Below, piece by piece: positions 1 to 10,739 of a DNA stretch of 64,000 nt. Within the stretch, counting starts at the first letter, position 1, and each line of letters opens with the position of its first letter. This DNA is from an uncultured Acidobacteriota bacterium. Its GTDB lineage: Bacteria > Acidobacteriota > Blastocatellia > RBC074. The position numbers were made by a program, and so were the translations under genes. The stretch covers positions 416,001 to 480,000 of the forward strand of contig CAWCKY010000007.1 of NCBI GenBank assembly GCA_963796275.1, given 5' to 3'. The notes beneath the pieces are model-generated. The model was given only the letters and a program-made list of their open reading frames with translations, had not been told where the DNA came from and made no database searches.

Positions 1-1160
1 ATCAGTTTCAACGCATTCGAGTCCATGCGATCTTGCGGGATGATTCCGTCCGGGAATCCCCTTCCTGTCATCGGATCGATCACTGGATCGTCGGTGGTTC
101 CGAACATCCGGTCATTTCCCGCTCCGAGAGCACGGAAATCGCCACGTCTCTCCGCATCGGTCGGCACCCTCGTATTGACGGCACCGGCGCGCGAACTGAT
201 GCGATTGAACTCTTGTGTGAAGAAGAAGAACGTCTTGTCGCGTCCGCGATTGTATCCGCCCGGCAACAGTACCGGTCCGCTGAAGTTGTATCCGAAATTG
301 TTCAGCTTCAGCGGCAACGTTTGATGGGTGAGATAATCTTTGGCGTCGAGCGCGTCATTACGAAAAAATTCATAAACCGAGCCGTGAAATTGCTGGCCGC
401 CGCCTTTGGTCACGACGTTGACCTGTGAAGCGCCGCTTCGCCCGTACTCCGCGGCGAAAGTCGAGGTGATGACCTTCACCTCGGCGATCGTATCGATCGA
501 AGTGAAGGTGTTGAGCGAACTGCTACCCACGATAACATCGGAATTGTTGCCGCCGTCTATGTTGAAGCTCGACGAAGTGCTGCGTGCTCCGTTGACGTAG
601 AGATCGGGATTGGTATTTGGGTCTGCGCGATCGGGCATATTCGAAGCGATTCCTGGAAGCAGTTCCAGCAAACTCATAAACGAGCGCCCATTCAATTGCA
701 ACTCCTGTATCTGCTCTCCCGATATGAGACCGCTCTGTTCCGAGGTCTCGGTGCTCAGCTGCAACCCGTTCCCGACTACAGTTACCTCCTCCGCTGCTTC
801 GCCGATGTCCATCTTTATTTCCAGCCCGAGGTGATCGCTGATGTGCAGCTCGACCTCCTTGATCAAAGCTTTCTTGAATCCCCTCGCCGTCGCCGTTATC
901 TCATAATTACCTATCGGCAGAGAGGAAAAAGCATACGATCCTTCGCCGTCGCTGGTGGTTTTGCGGACGTCGCCGGTAGCCGCATGTTTCGCGGTCACCT
1001 CCGCTCCCGCTATCGCAGATCCGTTCGGATCTTTCACGACCCCGCGGACGCTGCCGGTAATTACCTGCGCACGTGCCGCCCCCGATATAAAGGATATAAA
1101 TGTAAGGATTGTCGCCGTTGAAATGGCGAATTTAAGCAAGCCGAGACTGTAACGGGTCAA
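1..1160 (-). CDS. TonB-dependent receptor with carboxypeptidase-regulatory-like N-terminal domain (partial, runs off left edge)
   Basis: Hand translation from TTG at 1160 after a GGAGG RBS: MTRYSLGLLKFAIST...AQVITGSVRGVVKDPNGSAIAGAEV...YAFSSLPIGNYEITATARGFKK...ELQLNGRSFMSLLELLPG. Missing from the ORF track because no stop lies in the window. Confidence 0.9.
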   Translation of the reverse strand, partial: MTRYSLGLLKFAISTATILTFISFISGAARAQVITGSVRGVVKDPNGSAIAGAEVTAKHAATGDVRKTTSDGEGSYAFSSLPIGNYEITATARGFKKALIKEVELHISDHLGLEIKMDIGEAAEEVTVVGNGLQLSTETSEQSGLISGEQIQELQLNGRSFMSLLELLPGIASNMPDRADPNTNPDLYVNGARSTSSSFNIDGGNNSDVIVGSSSLNTFTSIDTIAEVKVITSTFAAEYGRSGASQVNVVTKGGGQQFHGSVYEFFRNDALDAKDYLTHQTLPLKLNNFGYNFSGPVLLPGGYNRGRDKTFFFFTQEFNRISSRAGAVNTRVPTDAERRGDFRALGAGNDRMFGTTDDPVIDPMTGRGFPDGIIPQDRMDSNALKL

Positions 1161-1705
1161 GCTTTCCTCCGGTCAGGATAGACAGATATCCCTGCAGGTT
1201 ATATTTTTTGGTAAACCTAACTGCTAAATGTAGGTAAAAAATGTTCTATTTGAACTATTATTCAGTAGATGTGCTTAGTGCGAGGATTCTATAACATCGG
1301 GTTAGCCTCAGTGTCAAATTAAATTCATGATAACTCATTTTCAGTCGTTGCGTGCTACAAATTTACCGCAGAGCATTTTGGAGTGCGCCACTTGGCGCAC
1401 TCCAAATGCTCCGCTATACAAGATATGTCGCCCATATCGCTGCGCGGATCGGCAACAAAACGGTATTGTATCGACCTGCTTTGGTAGAATGTCTACGGTG
1501 GCGGGATAGGTGGTTTACTGGGATTTCCGCTGCCTGACGTAGTTCAATGTCTCTTGGGCCGATTTATCCTGTTTGATCGCGAGATTTCGGAGAGCGTATT
1601 TCGGGCTCTCCAGATTACTGACGGCAGTGGCGTTTGCTGACCTGTTATTTCCTGCACGCGGCTCGCTCGTGAATATCCCTTATCCGCGCGAGGTATGAGT
1701 AACTA

Positions 1706-3121
1706 ATGCCATCGAAAATTGGAAACTCATTTGCTAGAGTATCGGTCATGCTGAACCGGCTACTGAGCTTGTGGGTTCTGTTTTGTCTCCCGCCATCGTG
1801 GGGAATTGCCGCGCAGCCGCTATCGCATTCCGTCTACGTACAGATCATCACAGTGAAGACGCCCGAGAAGCTAGATCACGTGATGGCGCAATTAGAGGCG
1901 GGACAAGTTTTCGCCGAATTGGCGCAAAAACATTCGGCCCATTCGACCGCCGAGAACGGCGGCGTCTGGGGCCCTGTTCGTTTGCATGACCTGCCCGAAG
2001 CGGTGAGCTCGCGCATCGAAAAAGCGGCAGAAGGCAAGTTGCTTAGCTTCTCCGATCCAGAGCTCGGCCACGCCATTATCAAAAAGATAAGCTCCGATGC
2101 GGCGCGCAATATCGCATTCCAATTCGCGTTCAAGCGCGGGGCGGCGCACCTTCAGAGAAACGAAAGAGGACCCGCGCTGAAAGAGATGAAAAAAGCGGTC
2201 GCGCTCGATCCGCGATCTGCCTCCGCTCATCAGCTTCTCGGGCAGGCTTATACGTTGCAAGGCTCATACGAATTACTCAGCGAAGCGCGGGCAGAATTCA
2301 TCCAGGCCATCGCCCTTGACCCGAATCTGATCTGGGCCAGGTTCTATCTCGCCCGCATCTATCTCGATCTGAATCAGCCGCGGAAGGCCAGGGAACAGTT
2401 GGAAGCTGCATTGATAATTCGCCCGAATGTCCCCCACCTGCTCTCATTGTTGGGCGAGGCGCATCGCCAGCTCGGCAGCCCTGATCTCGCCATCGATCAC
2501 AACAGGAAGGCTCTGGCCGCCGATCCATCGTTCTTTATCGCCCATTACTATCTCGGCCTCGCTTACCTTGACTTGAAAGATGACGGCGAGGCGATCCGCG
2601 AACTGGAGGAATCGGCGAAGCCCGGTTATCCGGCGGCCGAGATCTACTTAACCCTCGGTAAGGTCTATCTTCATAAAGGCCGGATGGAACGCGCCCTGGA
2701 GCTATTTCAAAAGACGGTGGCAGCCGCGCCCAACCAGCCCGAGGCGCATTTGCGATTGGCTCAGGCGTACCGGTTGAAGCGGCAACCGGAAATGGCGTTG
2801 AAGGAGCTGTCGCTCGCCGTTCCGGAAGGGCAGAGGCTCTTGAGCAACGCGTATTACCAGCAATTGCAGGCCGAGGTCTTCTTCGAACGCGGCCTCATCC
2901 AGCAGGAGAGGAGAGCATTCACCCAAGCCTTCGAAGCCTATCGGTCCGCGCTCGACCTTAACCCACTCCACGGTCCAACTCATCGCCAGATGGCGGAAGT
3001 GTTATTGCAACAGGGGCAGTATGATCGCGCCGCGGAGCACGCCGCAAAAGCGGAAGAGTTGAAATCTCCGGTCGATCCAGCCCTGCTCGAAAAACTCAAA
3101 GCGAAAAAACGCCCCGATTAA
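1706..3121 (+). CDS. TPR-repeat protein with N-terminal parvulin/rotamase (PPIase)-like domain
   Basis: Signal peptide, then FAELAQKHS...AENGGVWG (parvulin-like), then many TPRs (AIALDPNLIWARFYLARIY, ALAADPSFFIAHYYLGLAY). True start may be 1748. Confidence 0.85.
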   Translation: MPSKIGNSFARVSVMLNRLLSLWVLFCLPPSWGIAAQPLSHSVYVQIITVKTPEKLDHVMAQLEAGQVFAELAQKHSAHSTAENGGVWGPVRLHDLPEAVSSRIEKAAEGKLLSFSDPELGHAIIKKISSDAARNIAFQFAFKRGAAHLQRNERGPALKEMKKAVALDPRSASAHQLLGQAYTLQGSYELLSEARAEFIQAIALDPNLIWARFYLARIYLDLNQPRKAREQLEAALIIRPNVPHLLSLLGEAHRQLGSPDLAIDHNRKALAADPSFFIAHYYLGLAYLDLKDDGEAIRELEESAKPGYPAAEIYLTLGKVYLHKGRMERALELFQKTVAAAPNQPEAHLRLAQAYRLKRQPEMALKELSLAVPEGQRLLSNAYYQQLQAEVFFERGLIQQERRAFTQAFEAYRSALDLNPLHGPTHRQMAEVLLQQGQYDRAAEHAAKAEELKSPVDPALLEKLKAKKRPD

Positions 3122-3156
3122 GAAAAAAGCATCTGCCTCGCCGGCCCAAGGTTTTT

Positions 3157-4932
3157 TTAGTGTGAAATTTTCTTCGCCTGGGCTTCATCGAGCGATAACA
3201 TCTGATCCGCCGCTACATCCGTCAGCGTCTGCTGCCTGCCGCTGGGCCATATAATCTCCAGCTGTTTGATTTTGCGTTCGCTGCCGAGGCCGAAATAGAG
3301 GCGCAGGTCGCTGCTGCTCAGATAACTGCCTGCGCTGTATATCTCTTTGGTCTGCGTTTTGCCCCTCACTTCGACTTTGACGCGCGCGCCCACGCCGAAC
3401 GAATTGCTCTCTCTCCCGCGCGCTTTAATAGCGATCCAGTGATTCTTGTTGCCGCCGTCGTTTCGCATCAATATCGGCGGCTGGCCGCTATTTGAGACGA
3501 TGATGTCCAGGTCGCCGTCATTATCGAAATCGCCGGTCGCCGCGCCGCGCCCCACGTGTTTGATTTGAAAGGCCGGGCCGCTCTCTCCCGACACATCTCG
3601 AAAATTACCTCTCTCATTGGCGTAAAGCAGATCGGTCTGCATATATGAAAGGCGCTGATTATAAAGATGCACGTTGTCGATCACGTGTCCATTCGTCACA
3701 TAGATATCGACGTCTCCATCGTTGTCGAAATCGAAGAGTCTCGTCCCGAATCCCAGCGGCAACAGCCCTGAACCGAGGCCGGCCCGCTCGCTCACTTCTT
3801 CAAAAGTGAAATCGCCCTTGTTGCGAAATAACGCATTCAATTCCTCGGAGAAGTTGGTCACGAATATATCGAGCAGCCCGTCGCCATCGTAGTCAGCGAA
3901 TTCCGTTCCCATTCCGGCCCGCGGATTTCCATTCGGGTCATATCCGACCCCGGCGCTATAGGTCAGGTCAGCGAACGTTCCGTCTCCGTTGTTCCGGTAC
4001 AGAAAGTTCCGCACCAGATCGTTGGCGACGAAAATATCCGGCAACCCGTCATTATCGAAATCGCCGAAAGTTACGCCCAATCCCTTGCCGGCGGGATTCG
4101 CGATATCTGCTTGTCGGGAGACATCGGTGAACGTTCCGTCCCCGTTGTTTCGATAGAGCAGATCAGCCACTCCATCGAAGCCGCGCGGATCGCAGTACAT
4201 GCGATGGCCCGGCTTTCGATATCCGCAATAGGTATTCTCCTTAATGTCGTAATCCATATACCTGACGATGTAGAGGTCGAGGTCTCCGTCCCGGTCATAG
4301 TCGAAGAACCCGGCGCTGCTACTCCAGCCAAGACCTTTGACACCGGCCTTCGCCGTCACATCGCTGAACGTCCCGTTCCTCTTATTGCGATAGAGCGCGT
4401 TCGCACCGTAGCCCGCGACATACAAATCGAGGTATCCGTCGTTATCGTAATCACCCACGGCAACGCCCGTGCTATAACCGCCGTTGCCGGTCAGACCGGC
4501 CGTTTTAGTTACATCGACAAATGTCTCCTTGCCTGTATTGCGCAGGAGGGAATTGCCAGGTGATGACTTGCCTGCATGCAGGTTGGCGCCGTTCGCAAAG
4601 AAGAGATCGAGAAATCCATCATTGTCGTAATCCAACCAGGCGACGCCCGAACCGAATGTTTCGATCATCAGCTTCTCGGCCGAAGCTCCGTTTTCGTGTT
4701 TGAAGGCGATATTGGATGATTGGGTTACGTCTATAAAAGTAACAAGTTGATTCTTATTGAGGGGGTGGCCGGTAAAAACTACTCCCAAAGAAAAAAGAAA
4801 CGTCAGGAATATACTGCTCTTGTAAATAAAAATGCTCCTTTGCAAATTCTCGGGAATCCAGCGGCCTCGCGCGACTGTTCGCCTCGGAATATCCTTGGCC
4901 AAAAACACGGCGCTGCATAGGCTTGCGCACAC
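3157..4932 (-). CDS. CRTAC1-family protein (FG-GAP/VCBS repeats + ASPIC/UnbV domain)
   Basis: Repeated DYDNDGxLDL motifs; C-terminal GARVKV...GSYLSSSDLRLYFGLG...IIWPSG ASPIC/UnbV signature. Start uncertain. Confidence 0.92.
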   Translation of the reverse strand: MCASLCSAVFLAKDIPRRTVARGRWIPENLQRSIFIYKSSIFLTFLFSLGVVFTGHPLNKNQLVTFIDVTQSSNIAFKHENGASAEKLMIETFGSGVAWLDYDNDGFLDLFFANGANLHAGKSSPGNSLLRNTGKETFVDVTKTAGLTGNGGYSTGVAVGDYDNDGYLDLYVAGYGANALYRNKRNGTFSDVTAKAGVKGLGWSSSAGFFDYDRDGDLDLYIVRYMDYDIKENTYCGYRKPGHRMYCDPRGFDGVADLLYRNNGDGTFTDVSRQADIANPAGKGLGVTFGDFDNDGLPDIFVANDLVRNFLYRNNGDGTFADLTYSAGVGYDPNGNPRAGMGTEFADYDGDGLLDIFVTNFSEELNALFRNKGDFTFEEVSERAGLGSGLLPLGFGTRLFDFDNDGDVDIYVTNGHVIDNVHLYNQRLSYMQTDLLYANERGNFRDVSGESGPAFQIKHVGRGAATGDFDNDGDLDIIVSNSGQPPILMRNDGGNKNHWIAIKARGRESNSFGVGARVKVEVRGKTQTKEIYSAGSYLSSSDLRLYFGLGSERKIKQLEIIWPSGRQQTLTDVAADQMLSLDEAQAKKISH

Positions 4933-5061
4933 CGAGGGATTTGCATTCTTTCATGATGGCGTTATGAATTCTTGCGATGTCGGGCAGGGTCTCCAACCTG
5001 CTTTGTCTCCGAGATTTCAGGGCAGGTTCGAGAACCGGCCCAATATCCCAATATATTGTTA

Positions 5062-8000
5062 TCAGAACTCAAGGCGTATCGTCATATTCATCTGACGGAA
5101 GCCCTGTTTCTCCGGGTTGTAATAAGGGATCGTGGCTGTAAATTTGCCAGGATCCGCCGTGTTGATGTTGAGGTTCGGGTTACCGAAGTGCGGTGTGTTG
5201 AAGAGGTTCGAGATCGCCGTTGTGAAGCTCATCCGCCACCGTTCGGTGATGGGGAATCGCTTGGCCATGCTGAGATGGAACACTTTGATCCCTTGCCCTT
5301 CCAGAATGTTCACACCGCTGTTGCCGAACTGCCCGGCAGCGGGGATCTTAAATGCGGTCGGATCGAACCATTGCGTATAGCTCCGCTCATCGCCCGATTT
5401 ATTACCGTCGGCGATGCGATCGGGCAATCCGCCTGACGTGCCGGTGTTCGAAGGATCGGATCCCGAAAACGATGGCGAGAAGTAGGTGCCGGTTCCGAAA
5501 TAAGTGATCGTCTGCATATCCCATCCGCCGATGACCTGGTTGACGATGTCCGGCGCGCCGGAAAGGAACTGCCGCCCGTGCCCAAAAGGCAACCTCCAGT
5601 TTGTATTGATGACGAAGTAATGCCGGCGCGTATCGGCGTTACGCGCCCATTTGTCGGTCACGCTGTACGGGTTCTCGAGGTTGGCATAGTTATACATGTT
5701 GTTCGACCACGTCCAGGAAGCGTCGAACATGAACGAACCGATGCGCCTCTGTGCGCTCAGTTGCAGCGAATCATATTTTACCTTGCCGTCATCGCGCGTC
5801 ACCGTGACGTTGCGGAATTGCGGGAACGGCCGCAGCGAACTTACGAAGGTCGTCGTACTCGGCTGCGGCTTGTTGAGGTTGAGGTTGTAGTTGATCCCCG
5901 ATCCGCGCGAGCCTATATAGGAGATGCGAAAACCCATATCGCGCCACTCCTGCTCGACGCTCAAGTTGTATTGCCGGACCACGCCATTGTCGGTCCGCAT
6001 CGGATAGCCTTGAATGTCCTGACCGGGAATGGTGGAGTTCGTCGGGAACGGATTGGGGAAGAACAAGGTCGGTCCCCCGGTTGTCGTGTTGCGATAGGTC
6101 TCGCTGAATTGAAACGGACCGCTACCCAGCAATCGGGCGAAATAGCCGAAGACTTCTGTGTACTCGCCATAACCGCCGCGCACCACCATCTTATCGGTCA
6201 TACGATAAGCCGCCGCGAGGCGCGGGCGGAAGTTCCTCTTATCCGGTGTGGGCACCACGCCGCCTTCCACCACTCTGGTTGTGTTTTGCGGATATGCCGG
6301 ATTGACCTGCGAGAGCGTGCCGGGCGCCACGACCACATTCCCGGTTGATGGATCCCAGTTGAACATCAGCCCGTCCTTGAACGTCGGCGCCGAGTAATAG
6401 TCCCAGCGCAGGCCGAAGTCGAGCGTGAGCTTATCCGTGAACTTGAAGGTATCGCCCACAAAGATACCTACCTGTTTCTCGCTCGAGACGCGGTCCGGCA
6501 AAGGATTGAGCCGCGTGCTGGTGATCGGGATGCCGAGCAGAAAATCGGCGACCGCATTTCCGGTGAAGGTTCCGTCGAAGGTGAAATTGCCGTATGTGTC
6601 CGTCGGGATCTGAGGGTTGCGGTTCTGGAACTCTCGATACTCCCCGCCGAATTTCATGACATGCCTGCCCTTCGACCAGGTGAGAGTGTTCAGCCAGGTT
6701 CTGATGTAGTTGTCGTCGCGGACGTTGTCGAGGCCCCCGAGTTGTGTCTCCAACGTGCTCAACCCGGTGATGGCGATGCGCGGGAAGCCCTGCGTCTGAT
6801 AGCCGCCCTGGTTGGTCCCTTGCAATCCGATGGCGGCGAGGACTTCGTCGCCGGTTAACGGCTCGAACCCTTTCTCCGGCTCACCCGATCGCCGGTAATC
6901 GGTCTGCCAGCCGAAGGTGAACGTGTTGATCAAATTGGGAGAGAAGACGTGCGTGTCCGAGATAACGGTCTGCCTGTGGTCGCGGTCCTCAGTCCAGCCG
7001 AGAGCCGGCGTCGGCCGGGGCCGGATGTACGGCGTGATACGAGCGCTCCATCTGAAAAAGAGACTGTTCTTCTCCGACACCTTGTGGTCGATTCGGAGAA
7101 ACGGCCAATCGCCTTTATACAGATCGGAGTTATACGGGAAGATGTAGCCGTAGTTGTTGGTCAGCGTACTTGGGCCGCCGATGTTGGGGGCGGGGAAGTA
7201 AAGGTCCAATATCTTCTGCGATACCGGATTGATCCGGTCCAATGGGATAGTATTGTTGGCGAATGTTCCGCCTTGCGGGTCGCGCAGTGCAGCAGTCATG
7301 TTTCTGAAGTCGCCATTCCGCATATTTACGGTCGGGACGCTCGAAGTCACAAACGAGCCGAGCGGAAGGTTCTGACGAAACCAGCCGAAGTAGAAGAATG
7401 TTTTGTCCTTCCAGATGGGCCCGCTCGCTTCCGCGAAGAATTCGTGCTGGATGAATGGGGTCTTACGCCGGTTGGAATCGGCTTCGATGTAGGTCCGGCT
7501 GTTCAACCCTGAGTTGAAGTGCCGGTAAAAGGCGCCGCCATGGAACGCACTGGAGCCGCGTTTCGAGACCATATTGAAATTGGTCACGCGCGCGCTGTCA
7601 GAGCCGCTGAGCACCGTGGAGACCTGCACCGTCTCAAAGAAGTTGGGATTGTCGTTCTGGTCGCCCGTCGTGTCATTGGCGACACCGTCCATCGCCCACG
7701 TCTGCTGGTTCCGAGTTTGCCCCGAAATCATCAGGTTCCAGCCACTCCCCTGAATCCCGGGAACGGTGGTCAACATCGCAAGCGGCGATGGGTAGGTGTC
7801 GACTGCAGGTTGGTCCTTGAATTTTCTACTGTTTACCTCGCCGCCGATTCCTCCGCCCTCTGTCGTAATAACCGCGGCGCCTCCGTTAACCGTGACGGTT
7901 TCGCTCGCTTCCCCGACTTGCAGCGAGAAATCAATCCTCCTCGTCTGTCCTGCATCCATCAGGAGATTGTCGGCGACGTGACCGCGGAAGCCCGCCTTCT

Positions 8001-8325
8001 CGGCGTTCAGGCGATAACTGCCGAGCTTCAAGTCCGGTATCTCGAAATTTCCATTTCCATCAGTGGTGACAGTTCGGACTCTGATTTTGGTGGCCAGATC
8101 GGTAATCGTGATATTCACGCCGGGTATGGCGGCCCCCGTATCGTCAGTGACTGTTCCACGCAATACTGACAGCGCCGTCTGGGCCAGCAATGTTGTACTC
8201 CCGATTAACAACGGGAAGAGAAGTAACAATACGGTTACGCTAGAACATATCGTGCGTTTCAGATTCCCTCCGATGCCTCTAGCTGGGGCTTCCGTAACGT
8301 TTATCATAGATAAATACCGCTCCAA
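5062..8325 (-). CDS. TonB-dependent receptor (carboxypeptidase-regulatory domain, Oar-like)
   Basis: GTVTDDTGAAIPGV N-terminal domain, LTLDFGLRWDY, NLFNTPHFGNP, terminal Phe (IRLEF). Confidence 0.93.
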   Translation of the reverse strand: MERYLSMINVTEAPARGIGGNLKRTICSSVTVLLLLFPLLIGSTTLLAQTALSVLRGTVTDDTGAAIPGVNITITDLATKIRVRTVTTDGNGNFEIPDLKLGSYRLNAEKAGFRGHVADNLLMDAGQTRRIDFSLQVGEASETVTVNGGAAVITTEGGGIGGEVNSRKFKDQPAVDTYPSPLAMLTTVPGIQGSGWNLMISGQTRNQQTWAMDGVANDTTGDQNDNPNFFETVQVSTVLSGSDSARVTNFNMVSKRGSSAFHGGAFYRHFNSGLNSRTYIEADSNRRKTPFIQHEFFAEASGPIWKDKTFFYFGWFRQNLPLGSFVTSSVPTVNMRNGDFRNMTAALRDPQGGTFANNTIPLDRINPVSQKILDLYFPAPNIGGPSTLTNNYGYIFPYNSDLYKGDWPFLRIDHKVSEKNSLFFRWSARITPYIRPRPTPALGWTEDRDHRQTVISDTHVFSPNLINTFTFGWQTDYRRSGEPEKGFEPLTGDEVLAAIGLQGTNQGGYQTQGFPRIAITGLSTLETQLGGLDNVRDDNYIRTWLNTLTWSKGRHVMKFGGEYREFQNRNPQIPTDTYGNFTFDGTFTGNAVADFLLGIPITSTRLNPLPDRVSSEKQVGIFVGDTFKFTDKLTLDFGLRWDYYSAPTFKDGLMFNWDPSTGNVVVAPGTLSQVNPAYPQNTTRVVEGGVVPTPDKRNFRPRLAAAYRMTDKMVVRGGYGEYTEVFGYFARLLGSGPFQFSETYRNTTTGGPTLFFPNPFPTNSTIPGQDIQGYPMRTDNGVVRQYNLSVEQEWRDMGFRISYIGSRGSGINYNLNLNKPQPSTTTFVSSLRPFPQFRNVTVTRDDGKVKYDSLQLSAQRRIGSFMFDASWTWSNNMYNYANLENPYSVTDKWARNADTRRHYFVINTNWRLPFGHGRQFLSGAPDIVNQVIGGWDMQTITYFGTGTYFSPSFSGSDPSNTGTSGGLPDRIADGNKSGDERSYTQWFDPTAFKIPAAGQFGNSGVNILEGQGIKVFHLSMAKRFPITERWRMSFTTAISNLFNTPHFGNPNLNINTADPGKFTATIPYYNPEKQGFRQMNMTIRLEF

Positions 8326-8740
8326 TTTCTGTTTCTGTCAAATCTCGGATCGATCAAAGCGAATAGGCTATATGGTCCGACTGAAAATTGACTTTAATTA
8401 ACAGCAAAATTTCAGTTGATGAAGGTTATTCAATTTTCGGTAAATTAGACGGAAGCAGAACAAATCTTCCGGAATCGCGATTATGATTTCGCAGTTTATA
8501 AGTGAACCCAACAAAGCATCTCATACGGGGACCAATAGAAGCCGAGCGATTGTCTACTGTATTTATTAGACCGTCAAGTAAACCGGTAGGGAATTTCCCT
8601 GAAACGTGAGTGAAATTAAATTATAATTGATCATACGGAAGGGTCTTGGGAAGGTGGCGAGGGGTGGCGGTTAGAAACCTGGAAGACAGAAACGGACAGA
8701 GAGGTTCTGCTGGCGAATTCAGAAAATGAAATTATCGGCT

Positions 8741-8840
8741 CTAAGCTCCGGAGCGGTATAGGTGTTCAGATGTCGCTCCTCTGGAGCTTGCGATGAACAT
8801 TATCATCTAAGCTATAAACATCGGGCTCCTCCGGAGCTAA
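8741..8840. repeat. REP-like cluster of GCTCC-N(0-3)-GGAGC palindromes
   Basis: agctccggagc, cgctcctctggagct and gctcctccggagct within 100 bp of intergenic DNA. Confidence 0.6.
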
Positions 8841-8908
8841 CCAGAAACTACTGATAACAATCAACTTTAATTTGCACAGTCCTCAATTAACGGAGGTATT
8901 AAATAATC

Positions 8909-9397
8909 TTGGGAAGAACAATAACTAAAATAGGAGATGTGTTTTCTGTAAAGCTAGATGATAATAGGAAGAAATATTTCCAATATGTAGCTAATGACCT
9001 TACTCAATTGAATAGTGATGTAATCAGAGCTTTCAAAAAGACATACTCCATCAATCCAAACCCTGATTTATCGGAAATTGTTACAGATGAAGTAGAGTTT
9101 TATGCCCACTGTGTAACAAAGTGGGGCATTAAATTAGGCTTGTGGGAAAGAGTCGGTAATATTGCAAATGTAGGAAAAGTGGAGGTCGTTTTTAGAGATA
9201 GTGAAGACTATGGAAACCCGGAGATAAAAGTTTCTTACGGTTGGTGGATATGGAAAATCAATGAAGAACAAAAGAGAGTCGGGAAATTATAATGTGAAAA
9301 TCAACAAGCAGAAATCGGAGTTGTCGTCGCACCCCATAATATAGTGCACAGAATGCAAACAGGTAAGTATGATTTTGTATATCCAGATTATCAATAA
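8909..9397 (+). pseudogene. Imm26-like immunity protein interrupted by an in-frame TAA (9290-9292)
   Basis: AT-rich ORF with KIGDVFSVKL..KKYFQYV..DLTQLNSDVIRAF start; the frame continues after the stop as CENQQAEIGVVVAPHNIVHRMQTGKYDFVYPDYQ*. Confidence 0.65.
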
Positions 9398-9561
9398 TAG
9401 ATGGTCTACTTGTTCTAAGTTGTGGGTTATCAACATCCTTGTGCCATAGTAAGGCAAAGCATTAGCTTTGCCGATTAACCGACAATCTAACCGGACATGG
9501 AAGAAGATAGCGACGAGTACCTTCATACTTGGAGTCAGTAGGCAGAAAAAGGGAGCTGAAA

Positions 9562-9621
9562 ATGTCAGAACACGCAGTAATCGTTCATTTCGATTATGGT
9601 TCCACCAACCTAGACCCTTGA
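9562..9621 (+). pseudogene. Truncated N-terminal fragment of a small hypothetical protein (MSEHAVIVHFDYGSTNLDP*)
   Basis: GGGAG RBS plus ATG; the peptide resembles the start of a small acidic protein family I recall; truncated after 19 codons. Confidence 0.4.
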
Positions 9622-9685
9622 TGCTGACATCTTAAAGCGCTATCTAAACAGGTAGCGATAACATCTGACAAATCCCACGAAGGTC

Positions 9686-9860
9686 GTCGGGTAAGAGAGT
9701 GACGCTGCCTCCACTCCCTACCATGAGAACCGATCGGGCCAGTTTCCCGGCAATCAGCTCAAGCCAAGCCTTTCCAACGCCTTTATAGAATAAACGCGGT
9801 TTCACAATCACCAATTTCTGGCTATTTCATACACAATTGCGAATTGTTGTAGCCCTTGCT
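9686..9860 (-). mobile_element. Group II intron remnant: domains V-VI plus degenerate 3' end of the intron-encoded protein
   Basis: Minus strand: ...SQKLVIVKPRLFYKGVGKA-like coding tail, then ttGAGCtgattgccggGAAActggcccgatcGGTTCtc (DV), then agggagtg...cactctcttACCCGAC (DVI and 3' end). Confidence 0.75.
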
Positions 9861-10081
9861 TCGATCCTCTGATCGACATCAGTCCATCATCGAGAAAATC
9901 TAAACCATATTGGGTCTCGAAGGGGAGACACAGGAGATGAGGCTAACGATGAAATGATCGCAGTGATGCATCGAGCGCCAGTCAGGTTTCTCACCTGAGC
10001 AGAGGCAGGGAAGGTGAGAGCAAGTTTGGGACAGATGAAAAGGTGGGTTTGCATCCTATGGTCATTTCATGTACTTTGTGT

Positions 10082-10109
10082 GAGACTGATAATGCGTCTT
10101 ATGTAACTG
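10082..10109 (+). other. dif/XerCD-like recombination site 1
   Basis: gagactgataa-tgcgtc-ttatgtaactg: 11-6-11 layout with ATAA-N6-TTATGT core. Confidence 0.55.
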
Positions 10110-10739
10110 ATCTATGCAACATAGCTGGTTACCGCGCGAGACTCTGAGTATGCAAGCAGGGTAATAATTAGATTTTAACGCAATTTATCTCGTAATTATG
10201 CCTCAGCTCTAACCGCGTTTTAACATGTCCATGATACCTTTAATAACAGCGCTTTGATGTCCCCCCCCACGTTCACAAATTTCAGTATTTTCAAGCATAC
10301 GCAACATCAACTTACGGAGGAAACCTTGTTTATTCCAATAAAATGTGGTGGATTCAATCGTTAGCTCGACTTCAGCCAAGTTTCGAAACGGAAGCATTTA
10401 AGTGCAAGCGAGCGTATGATTTTATCACGGCTCGATCGGATTGAGATAGGCGGACATGCCTCGATTGAAAGACGAACTCCCAATCTGAACGTTTTGCAGA
10501 TGACATCAAATTATAGAAAATGTAGTTTCCAGATTACATGGGTTGGTCGTGCCCTACAGGTACTGCGTCCAGTTGTGATTGCAGAAAAGTTGCACATTAT
10601 TCAAGTAACTATAAAGGCGCGAAAGCCTTTAATGAATTACTTCAAATGGAAGATAGTCAATCTCGGTCCTTCTCTACTTTGGCTTGCAATGAACTAAGGG
10701 AGGGACAGAAACGAATCGAAAATAAGGAGGCTCAGGATT

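Noticed and set aside
10209-10697. Short ORFs upstream of mbtH
   Set aside because: No motifs or convincing RBS; probably promoter or leader DNA.
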